Assembly: GCA_965218095.1 (NCBI GenBank)
Contig: OZ244587.1
Location: forward strand, 3,968,001-4,032,000
Source of the DNA: Candidatus Poribacteria bacterium
GTDB lineage: Bacteria; Poribacteria; WGA-4E; PCPOR2b
Direction of reading: 5' to 3'
Length of the DNA stretch: 64,000 nt
This document shows positions 32,242-40,468 of the stretch, one piece after another. Under the pieces are notes generated by a model that was not told the origin of the DNA, made no database searches, and saw only the letters and a list, made by a program, of their open reading frames with translations. The translations under genes were made by a program, and so were the position numbers. Position 1 is the first letter of the stretch. Every line of letters starts with the position of its first letter.

Positions 32242-32258
32242 CTCAATATCCTCCTCAA

Positions 32259-32305
32259 ACATAAGGCCACAACTCCCCGTCGTCAACGGCAACGATTGGT
32301 TAGGA
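32259..32305 (-). other. Collapsed attC-like site
   Basis: Minus strand TCCTAAC-CAATCG-TTGCCGTTGACGACGGG-GAG-TTGTGGC-CTTATGT; the left arm closely resembles that of the 38433 site. Confidence 0.55.
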
Positions 32306-32450
32306 GAGCAATGCGTTCCAAAAAGGCTAACGGGTTTCTCCTTCTGGTTTATCCGATAGCAACCAATCCGTTAGCCCCAAAATCATCTTTCCCGTAAGCC
32401 TTCCGTTTCTTCTCTCGCTTCCTAACGACACAAGTCAGGTTGTGCCTGAC

Positions 32451-33137
32451 CTACCTGCTCGTCGGAGTCTCGCGTGCTGCTTCACGGATAAACTCATTAT
32501 CGTCGTTCAACGCCACGTTGAGTGAAGAAACAACATCCTTAGCCTCCGGGCCGGTGTGCCCCAAGGACTTCGCCGCATGAGATCGAACGGCCCATTCCTC
32601 ATCCTTCAACGCCTCAGTCAGTGCTTGCCATTCGCGCCCTGGGGCCAATACACCCCAGCGTCTCGCATGCCTGCCCACGAACCCGATAGTCAGCGTCAGC
32701 GTCCGCCAACACCTCTATCAAAGCTGGAATAGCATCCTCTGCTGAAGAACCGAGTTTACCCACGGCGAAGACCGACGGCCACTTATCTTGAACTTCTGCA
32801 TCAGTCAACAGGGGCCACCAGCGACGGTACCGCTTCGCGCCCAATAGCGGACAGCGCGCAGGTGGCGCTTAAGCGCACACCATAGTCCTGGTCCTGCAGT
32901 CTGAAGCAGTGAAGGGATTGCTTTTGGCGCCGCGTCGGCGAAACTCCCCAGGCGATTAGCTGCGGGTTTCCGAACAAGGTTCTTCAGTGACTTGCTGCCG
33001 TGCTTAAAATCAAGCGCACTAACAAGTGCAGAAATGGGGCCTTCCGGTTGATTTTCGAAATCGTCAACGATGGCAGCCGCTGCCCATTTCGCAGTTTCGC
33101 GGTGTCTGCCGAGTCCGACGGTGTCGAACTCGTCCAA
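32451..33137 (-). pseudogene. HEAT-repeat protein, fragmented
   Basis: AIPALIEVLAD...VRGQACETLG and ALKDEEWAVRSHAAKSLG repeats in three frames. Confidence 0.75.
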
Positions 33138-33396
33138 TTATACGGAATTTTTCCGTATAATTCGAGTTGAATCTTGCCTATAAACCGGGTAAAATACTTG
33201 ATGATTGTAGTACAATAAAGCAAGTAAAGTCAAGGATAGAATTCAGTATTTCATTAGGAATTTTTGACCATGAATTTACCAAACCACCAATGCTATATCG
33301 ATGATTGGCAGTCAAGCATTGTGCCCTGTCTGACGTTCCCGGCGTTCAGCTGATATGGACGCATCTACGTGTTCTACAACCAGAACCTGGAGAATT

Positions 33397-34269
33397 CTAA
33401 TGGCGCTCCCACCGGCTGGGGTTGATGCCAGAAGCTTCGCGGGGCATATCGGGCGGTTTGTTGCCACCCTCGTAGATCCAGATACGGGCGCTGCGATCGC
33501 TCATCAACTCGCGCAGGGCCGGAGAGAGCCTAGCTACTTCGTTCGCATCCCACGCCTCGACATCGCCGGCTGGGCCTGCCCAGGTCGGCCGGTACGAGAG
33601 TTGCAATGCCTCCCGCGCGTACGTGCCCACGTTCGGGTAGTTGCCGTGGAAAACATAATTGTTGAACAGCACCGCAGAGCCGGCTTTGCACGTTACCATC
33701 ACTTCCTCTGGGTGTTCCTCGTAGCGCAGGTACGGGTTAGCCTCGTTGTGGAAACTCAAATGCGACCGCGGCACCACGCGGAAAGGCGAAACTTCGGGTA
33801 TCAGGTCATCCAGGTAGTAAAGGACACGGATCAGTTTCGGACAGGTGTATTCCGCGCCGAAGATCCTGGACCCCCAGGGCTGGCCGTCGCAGTGCAGACT
33901 GATGCCCGGGTGCCCCGGCTCAGAGCGAGAGTAGTCGCAGGACATCAAAACCACCTGGTCGCCGCACAAGTTCTTGAGGAACTCGATCATCGGCGGGTAC
34001 ACAATCAGTTCGGTAATGGCCCCGCCGGTGAATTGGATGCTTTTCCGACCCCGCTGGTGCACGCTGTAGTCTACGTGGGTGGTTTCGAATTGCGCCGTCT
34101 GTTGTTTGAGGCGCGCAATGTGGTCGGCATCGAGTAAATCGGGTAGAACGAGGTAGCCTTCGACCTCGAGTTGCTGAATGCGCTGCCCGAGCGTGAGTTG
34201 GTTCCAGTCGCGGTCGTCTATGCGCGGGATGCCAACCGCCAGTCGGGACAAAGCAGGTGTATCTGACAT
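33397..34269 (-). CDS. PhyH family dioxygenase
   Basis: EGYLVLPDLL, SLHCD, FRVVPRSH and KAGSAVLFN..VFHG motifs; RBS AGGAG. Confidence 0.88.
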   Translation of the reverse strand: MSDTPALSRLAVGIPRIDDRDWNQLTLGQRIQQLEVEGYLVLPDLLDADHIARLKQQTAQFETTHVDYSVHQRGRKSIQFTGGAITELIVYPPMIEFLKNLCGDQVVLMSCDYSRSEPGHPGISLHCDGQPWGSRIFGAEYTCPKLIRVLYYLDDLIPEVSPFRVVPRSHLSFHNEANPYLRYEEHPEEVMVTCKAGSAVLFNNYVFHGNYPNVGTYAREALQLSYRPTWAGPAGDVEAWDANEVARLSPALRELMSDRSARIWIYEGGNKPPDMPREASGINPSRWERH

Positions 34270-34375
34270 GGCTCGATCTCCTCTTAAAGCATGTATCTTA
34301 TCGAAACGAATGAGCTGCATTTAACAATTAGGTGGAAATTGTCCGTTCAACTGCTTCACAGTGAATTGAAAGGCG

Positions 34376-34501
34376 GCCTGACAGTAGAGCTCAACGGATC
34401 GCGGTGCTCGTGGAGCGATAACATTTATCCCCACATTTACAGGATGATTTGCCGCGGCTGTCGATCTGCTGTCGAGATTCCGCTGCATGGCGTCGGTAGG
34501 T
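34376..34501 (-). other. Degenerate attC-like site (126 bp)
   Basis: Minus strand: ACCTACC-GACGCC-ATGCAGCGGA...TCCGTTGAG-CTCTACT-GTCAGGC; both R boxes are one base off consensus. Confidence 0.55.
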
Positions 34502-34521
34502 TGTTCAACGATAAAGCCGCT

Positions 34522-34612
34522 AACTCATGCCAAAAGAAAGTGCAAAAGTGTTAGAGAAGCCATGAAATCATTGGTGTGAATTTTGCCTTTGCACGAAGTC
34601 TTAACATGAGCC
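34522..34612. mobile_element. About 90-bp MITE with an 8-bp target duplication
   Basis: AAGCCGCT on both sides; ends (AA)CTCATG.../CTTAACATGAGCC; the same left end recurs at 36884-36918. Confidence 0.55.
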
Positions 34613-34708
34613 AAGCCGCTAACGTACCAGGACAGCATGACTAGTATGCCAACGGGGCTATCTCCATAATTAGTACACCTGAGACCTTGGACATCTACAG
34701 TGGCCAGT

Positions 34709-35641
34709 TCAAAATTGTGGAGCTTCATGACTGGAAGCTGGAATATCTGGGTCGCCTGATTCGGCCGATGTCAACCGTACTGCTCCTGCAAACTCCGGAA
34801 GTCGCGATAGAACAACTTGGCAGCCCGTCTTAAGGTCCTTCTGAAGCGATGTGTCAAAATAGTCAAAGGCTTCAAATTCCACGCTGAGACAGCCCTCGTA
34901 GCCAATACGCTTCATCGCGTCGAAAAAGCCGGGCCAGTCCACGCGGCCCTCGCCGAGGAAGGGGAAGCTGTCGCCAAGAATCTTGCCAACGATACCGGCA
35001 ACGTCCTTCACATGGCAGTGAAAGATCCGATCTGCCAATTGATGGATGGTCCAGGCTACTGTGTTGTCGTGCAGGGCCATGTGGGAGGGGGCGTAGTTCA
35101 CGCCGAAGCAATCCGAGTCGTAGCGCCTCATGAGCTCAGCAAGGGTGTAATACTCGCGGCAGACCATACCGTAGACTGCCTCAACAGCGATCTTGACACC
35201 GACCCGCTCGGCGATGGGAATAATACGGTCACATGCATTGCAGACCATTGACCAGGCCTCACCCTCGCTAATCTCTTGATGCAGTGTAGGTGAGCCGATT
35301 CCCATGAACGGCACCGGGCCGGTGAAGCAGTTGCCGACGCCAATCCCGAGATCGCCGGCGGCGCGGATGCAATCCGCAGTGAGCCTTATCTCGTTGTCAC
35401 GCACGATGTCGTTGAAATGGACGAATTCCCGCTGTACGACCCATTCCGAGATGGTCAGGCCGTTGGCCTCGGTCATGCGCACGAGTGCTTGCATCTGTGC
35501 TCGGGTCATGGTCTGCGGATTGAGGTGACGGATGGAGTATTCGATGCACTGGTAGCCGACCTCCGCTAACATGCCCACGACTTGCTCATCGGTCATGGGG
35601 CCCTGATCCAGATTCAGAAAGAAGCCTATCTTGTTGTTCAC
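34709..35641 (-). CDS. Sugar phosphate isomerase/epimerase (TIM barrel, AP_endonuc_2); 3' end possibly frameshifted
   Basis: IAVE, NYAPSH, HCHVKD, GEGRVDW and LSVEFE motifs. Confidence 0.8.
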   Translation of the reverse strand: MNNKIGFFLNLDQGPMTDEQVVGMLAEVGYQCIEYSIRHLNPQTMTRAQMQALVRMTEANGLTISEWVVQREFVHFNDIVRDNEIRLTADCIRAAGDLGIGVGNCFTGPVPFMGIGSPTLHQEISEGEAWSMVCNACDRIIPIAERVGVKIAVEAVYGMVCREYYTLAELMRRYDSDCFGVNYAPSHMALHDNTVAWTIHQLADRIFHCHVKDVAGIVGKILGDSFPFLGEGRVDWPGFFDAMKRIGYEGCLSVEFEAFDYFDTSLQKDLKTGCQVVLSRLPEFAGAVRLTSAESGDPDIPASSHEAPQF

Positions 35642-35723
35642 GACGAACCTCCCAGCCTGGACTTTCCACTTAATCTTGAAACTCACCAACCGGTTATCGA
35701 CGACAACCCGGCTGATACGGCAT

Positions 35724-36839
35724 TTAGCCAATCTGAGTCAACACCGCTTTACATCGCTCGGCAACAATCCGTTCCTGCCCAGGCTGCAGCATGTGGGGAT
35801 TGATCGCAATGCTGTCAGGGGTCAAGTGTTGACCAACCACAATACGTGGTTCGCTTTCTTGCAACGCATCTGCTATCATCTCCCGGGTGAAGCCAGCATC
35901 TGCTGTCGGGCGGATATAGAGCAGCGGCACCGTATACGTCTCCGCCTTGGTGAAACGCCCCACAGCTATATGCGGAATACCCTGCAACACTGCTTCGATA
36001 TAGTCCAGTTGAGCCGTCCAACGGGTGCTATCGGCCTCGTGGTCTCTCGCCAGATACAGTTCCAGCGCCTTCAGAAATCCGATGATTTCCTCCCGGCTCA
36101 CTTTCATCGGGCGACCGACCGTGGCGAATGGAACGCCGTTGGCGGCGCACGCTGCAACGAGGTCTTTGCGACCGATGATCAGCCCGGTGGATTGCGGTCC
36201 CATGATGCTCTTGCCACCACTGAAGATAACCAGATCCACACCCGCCCGCCAGAAACGCGTGAGGGTGGAGACCGGCGGACACTCCGAGGCGGCATCCATG
36301 ACCACCGGCACTGATGCCGCCCCGGCCATTGTCACGACATGATCCAATGGCACGGAGGCTGGATGGTCCATAACGTTGGCCATGTAGAAGATGGCCGCTG
36401 TGTTCTCATTGATGGCATGCCGCATCGCCTCAGTTGGCGGCGTCCCCTGATCATCAATCTCAATCAGAGTTGCCCCAGCCAGACGAATCGCCTGATCATA
36501 CGCAATTCGGTGCAGTTTCTGGATGATTACCTCATGCTTCATACCGGTCGTATCCGGCAATTGTCTAATCTTATCCGGATCGCTGCCAGCCATACAGGCG
36601 GCAGTAGTCAGCACCAAACCGCAGGCCGCGCTCGACGTCACATAGGCTGCCTCTACCTCAAGCATGGCGGCGATCTTTTGGCCGACCTTCTCGTGCAACT
36701 CATCGAGAAAACAGAACTGTTGGGATGCATGGCGCATACTGTCCAATACTTCGGGCGCCATCAGGGAACCGCCGTATCGGGTGACGGTTCCCGCTGCATT
36801 GATTAGCGTGCGAACGCCTAATTCCTCATAAATGCTCAT
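35724..36839 (-). CDS. SelA-like PLP-dependent enzyme (DgaE-type family)
   Basis: IYEELGVRTLINAAGT.T..GGS, DAASE, FSGGK and RPMKV motifs. Confidence 0.85.
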   Translation of the reverse strand: MSIYEELGVRTLINAAGTVTRYGGSLMAPEVLDSMRHASQQFCFLDELHEKVGQKIAAMLEVEAAYVTSSAACGLVLTTAACMAGSDPDKIRQLPDTTGMKHEVIIQKLHRIAYDQAIRLAGATLIEIDDQGTPPTEAMRHAINENTAAIFYMANVMDHPASVPLDHVVTMAGAASVPVVMDAASECPPVSTLTRFWRAGVDLVIFSGGKSIMGPQSTGLIIGRKDLVAACAANGVPFATVGRPMKVSREEIIGFLKALELYLARDHEADSTRWTAQLDYIEAVLQGIPHIAVGRFTKAETYTVPLLYIRPTADAGFTREMIADALQESEPRIVVGQHLTPDSIAINPHMLQPGQERIVAERCKAVLTQIG

Positions 36840-37006
36840 AGCGGGGTCTTCCTCAGCTTATTGAATTTTAACTTCAATCAATTGGCTCATGTTAAGAAAA
36901 CGTGCAACGAGTGTTAGACCAGATTGTTGAGTTCATGGAACTCCAGACCAGGACACCGGAAGTAATAGTTGAGAGAGAAGATCCGACGGCGCCAGTGCAG
37001 CACTGA

Positions 37007-37798
37007 TTAAGCTAACACCCTCAGACACTTATCGTCGATCGGCTCCAGGGGCGTAAAGTCGCGATTGTTTTGATACCAGGGACGCTCAGTGCCAGTACAG
37101 GCGTTGCTGACAGCGTTGTAAATCAAGTACATGATTGCCCGCTGCCACGGGGAGACATTATTGGCCGAACCGTGCACCACGTTGCAGTGGACGAAAGCGA
37201 CAGATCCCGCAGGCCCGATTAACGCTTCGATCCCGCTCTCTTCGGCGAGCCGTTCCAGGGTGGCGTCATCGATATGATGCAGCGCATACCCTCTCCCTTT
37301 CGCGTCCTTGTGAAGCTTAGAGTCGAGAAGACCATGGCGATGCGAGCTCGGCACGACCAGGAGAGGCGACGTGACCGCTGTGCAGTCGTTGATGAACACG
37401 GACGCCATAATGCATCTCGGCTCAGGCATACCGTCGATCGTATGCCAGGGCGGGTAATCCTGATGCCAGTCCCATGACGTGCCCCCGCCGAAACCCTGTT
37501 TGGGATTGATACGGCTCTGATGGAGATACACATCATCCCTCAACAGTTGGCAGACCGGGTTCAACAAACGTGGAAGCAGCGCGAGACACCGGAACGGTTC
37601 GGAATACACATGCGCCCCAAAGACTAGCCTGGCCGCTGTCGGATCTTCTTTCTCACGGACCACTTCCGGCCCCTGGCAAGTCAGGGTTTCCGGCATCGCC
37701 CTCTGCAAGATTGCCACCTCATCGTTGTCCAATAGACATGGAAAAAACAGGCAGCCCTGTTCATCAAACTCTGCAATCTGGGTGTCGTTGAGTTGCAT
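37007..37798 (-). CDS. PhyH family dioxygenase, ectoine/proline hydroxylase-like
   Basis: YLHQSRINPK..G..WDWHQD..WH..DGMPEP, VVPSSH and HGSANN motifs. Confidence 0.85.
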   Translation of the reverse strand: MQLNDTQIAEFDEQGCLFFPCLLDNDEVAILQRAMPETLTCQGPEVVREKEDPTAARLVFGAHVYSEPFRCLALLPRLLNPVCQLLRDDVYLHQSRINPKQGFGGGTSWDWHQDYPPWHTIDGMPEPRCIMASVFINDCTAVTSPLLVVPSSHRHGLLDSKLHKDAKGRGYALHHIDDATLERLAEESGIEALIGPAGSVAFVHCNVVHGSANNVSPWQRAIMYLIYNAVSNACTGTERPWYQNNRDFTPLEPIDDKCLRVLA

Positions 37799-37840
37799 GA
37801 TATTTGTGTTCTCCTTCGTTGAGTAAGGTGTATTCACGGT

Positions 37841-38180
37841 CTAGGACACCGGCAGTACGATTGGATCTTGACGCTGAATCGATTTCAGTACAGCCAGGAC
37901 AACGGCGATCGACCGAATACCATCTTGGCCGTCCACGATCGGCTTTTCCTCGCCCCTGACCACACGGCAAAAATGTTCAAGTTGAGACTTAAGCGGATCA
38001 ACCTGAGTCACTTTACTGCGTGATTCCTCCATCGGATGTTGCCAGCCCAATTAATCCTCATCAGCATAGCGCCACAACTCCATTCGCGGAAAGGCTAAGG
38101 AACCCAAGGTGCCGAGAAAGTGATAGCAGTTCTCATCCGTGTGAAAATAATACGGGTTCTCATGGGTGGTCGCCTCGTAT
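37841..38180 (-). pseudogene. C-terminal remnant of a Gfo/Idh/MocA oxidoreductase
   Basis: ENPYY...GTLGSL.FP...*LGW...QLEHFCRVVRGEEKP.VDG.DG.RS. Confidence 0.65.
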
Positions 38181-38265
38181 GACCAGGTCTATCGTTATAT
38201 TTTTCCGTTCTCCGGGTTTCATAATTTACGGACTCCTCGGTAATCGAGTATTTCACCGTTTTTCC

Positions 38266-38433
38266 TCCTAACAACCAAGTTCAGTTGTCCGATTCTCGGA
38301 CGAGCACAGCCTGCCCCGATCCATCTGGGAAGGGGGTTTACCGAAAAACGTCCGACAAGTCAAAACCCACCACAACCCCAAAAACATTCATAAAACCGAA
38401 GATCCCGCCGTCAACTGCAACGCTTTGTTAGGG
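38266..38433 (-). other. Integron attC-like site (168 bp)
   Basis: Minus strand: CCCTAAC-AAAGCG-TTGCAGTTG-ACGGCGGG...CAACTGAA-CTTGGTT-GTTAGGA. Confidence 0.72.
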
Positions 38434-38593
38434 AATAGTAGGTCTGGCGTAGAAGCATGTTACTGTCAAGCAACAGATGCAAAGTGATTTGGTTCTACAT
38501 AAGTGATAGGCATACCCTTCGTCGGGGATTCCTGAAAATGAGAAAGTTTCAAAAATTGATTCACGGGAATCGTTGTTAGCGCACGAAACACTA

Positions 38594-39429
38594 GGTTCTG
38601 TTGACATTTGAGTATAAGGTTGTGGCATAATAGAAGAATGACGCCAATAACCTTACCTGATGAACAATGGAATAAGATATACCGGTTTCTTCTAAGCTGT
38701 CCCACCATCTATGTTGGCGACGAAGCTGCTACACGCCGCTTCGTCGAAGCCGTTCTGTGGGTGACTCGTAGCAGCGCTCAATGGAGACTTCTACCAGACA
38801 CCTATGGCAAATGGAACACCCGCTACAAGCGGTTTGCTCGATGGTGCGACAAAGGTATCTTCACACAGATGCACCCCCACTTCGCCTCTGACCCCGATAT
38901 CGAGTCGCTTATTGTGGACAGTACCATCTGCCGCGCTCACCCGTCTGCGGCGGGCGCCTTAAAAAGCTGGCGCCTTAAAAAAAAGGGTGGCACTGAAAAC
39001 CAAGCATTAGGTCGGTCTCGGGGCGGTTTCAGTACAAAAAATCACATCACAGTTGACGGACTAGGCAATCCCCTAAGAATTCATCTGACCCCCGGTCAGA
39101 GACATGACATAACTGAGGCGGAAGGGTTGATAATCGGATATAACAGTGAATATGTGATTGGAGACAAGGGGTACGATTCGGACGCTTTTATCGCGGTTAT
39201 TGAGGCGAATGGAGCGATTGCGGTGATACCGCCAAAAAGTCATCGTGTTGACCAAAGAACGTATGACAAACGCTTATACAAAGAGAGACATCGGGTTGAA
39301 TGTTTCATCAACAAGATAAAATGGTATCGTCGTATCTTCTCTCGGTTTGAGAAGCTAGCTGTCCGTTATTTTGGATTTCTCAGCTTTGTCGCCACTCTTA
39401 TATGGCTCCCTTGAAATGTCAACAGAACC
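38594..39429 (+). mobile_element. IS5-family (IS427-group-like) element with an intact single ORF
   Basis: Perfect 16-bp TIRs GGTTCTGTTGACATTT; 836 bp. Confidence 0.93.
38638..39414 (+). CDS. IS5 family transposase
   Basis: WRLLP..YGKWNT.YKRF.RW, VDST, GRSRGGFSTK, GDKGYDS and YKERHRVEC motifs. Confidence 0.93.
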   Translation: MTPITLPDEQWNKIYRFLLSCPTIYVGDEAATRRFVEAVLWVTRSSAQWRLLPDTYGKWNTRYKRFARWCDKGIFTQMHPHFASDPDIESLIVDSTICRAHPSAAGALKSWRLKKKGGTENQALGRSRGGFSTKNHITVDGLGNPLRIHLTPGQRHDITEAEGLIIGYNSEYVIGDKGYDSDAFIAVIEANGAIAVIPPKSHRVDQRTYDKRLYKERHRVECFINKIKWYRRIFSRFEKLAVRYFGFLSFVATLIWLP

Positions 39430-39724
39430 TTAATTCTCGCAAATTCTCTGGCAATTGTTCAAGTTTATCAAGCGGATAACTTCGTGGACCATACTCTGTT
39501 TGTTCGGTAAGAATTGAGAAATGGAGAAGTGTCAAGCTGACAACCCACCCCGTCTTCGGATTCAGCCGTAACAGAATGTAATCGGTCAATTCAACACCTG
39601 TTGCTAGCTCATTGTCACCAAAGAAAATCTCCAGCATATCGCCACTCTCATCATATACCAAGCATATTGTCTCCCCATTTGCAGCTTTGACTTCCGTTCT
39701 TTGGAGTTTCAAGTTGCTCATACT

Positions 39725-40048
39725 ATTCACCCTTTTGGCAGAATATAGTTTGCCCAACCTGTGCCACAAAATCGTTAGGCATGCAATTTCCCGCCCCATC
39801 GAATTGTGTTTTGAAAATCACAACGGCAATGAGGTGATTGTTCTCTGGAAGTAATTCTCAAACCGCTTGAAATAGCGATACTCGTTGGGTATCATCGCAT
39901 CTTGCTTGTGTCGTCTTGTCCGTATCGTCTCCAGAAACTGATCGAAAAACGGCTCTAATTCGGGACGCGATTCCAAGATATAATTCCAACGCTCTTCCGT
40001 CAAATAAATCGTGTTGCCGTATCGGTCTTGAACTGTCGATCTCTTCAT
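39725..40048 (-). pseudogene. Toxin-like partner of DUF2283, frameshifted
   Basis: QDRYGNTIYLTEERW..I...RPEL...YRY; the reading continues in another frame as VVIFK...NYILPKG*. Confidence 0.5.
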
Positions 40049-40205
40049 CGATCAGACCTAACTCGTTTGCACGCTCATGCAGGAAGTACAGCAACACACA
40101 GTGATAGAATACCCGTCGCATGCGTTGGATTTGCTCTGGTGTCCGTTACTTTTCTCAAGTGCTGATTATGCGAAAGGTCAGTCCAAAGTCATTGATTTGC
40201 TGATT

Positions 40206-40403
40206 TTAACGGTTCCGTAAGTACTTACGGCCAAAGAAGGCACTGATAACGACAAGCACCAGGGAGATCGAGACCTTCACCCACCACAACCCCGTGGTGT
40301 AAAAGATGGAAACCAGCAATAAGACCGCTACGAGTAGTAAAAGCACAGCCGTGTACAATCTCTCAAACTGCTTTGTTCTTTTGGATTCTTCTGAATTTTC
40401 CAT
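40206..40403 (-). CDS. Small two-TM membrane protein
   Basis: MENSEESK... followed by two hydrophobic helices. Confidence 0.5.
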   Translation of the reverse strand: MENSEESKRTKQFERLYTAVLLLLVAVLLLVSIFYTTGLWWVKVSISLVLVVISAFFGRKYLRNR

Positions 40404-40468
40404 TTTGCATCCCCTTACCAGAGAAGAATAAAGAGCAGATAGCAGGCAGCGGCAAGATAAATAATCGC

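Larger units (their letters stand above)
38466..39721 (-). pseudogene. DUF2283-like antitoxin interrupted by an IS
   Basis: YDESGDMLEIFF...GVEL...ENLREL continues across the IS as VFRALTTIPVNQFLK...*. Confidence 0.65.

Noticed and set aside
35724-36839. Selenocysteine synthase selA
   Set aside because: It is short, lacks the SelA N-terminal domain, and has no selB/selC/selD context; it fits the SelA-like family.
36884-36920. GTCTAAC-ACTCG-TTGCAC (and 34540-34556) as attC left arms
   Set aside because: Better explained as the left end of the small MITE family seen at 34522-34612.
38567-38583. CGCTAAC half attC next to the IS
   Set aside because: It is coding sequence of the IS-split DUF2283-like gene (RALTT).
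39752-39780. GCCCAAC...GTTAGGC as a mini attC
   Set aside because: It lies in the frameshifted 3' coding part of the toxin-like gene (MPNDFV...WANYILPKG) and has no L boxes.
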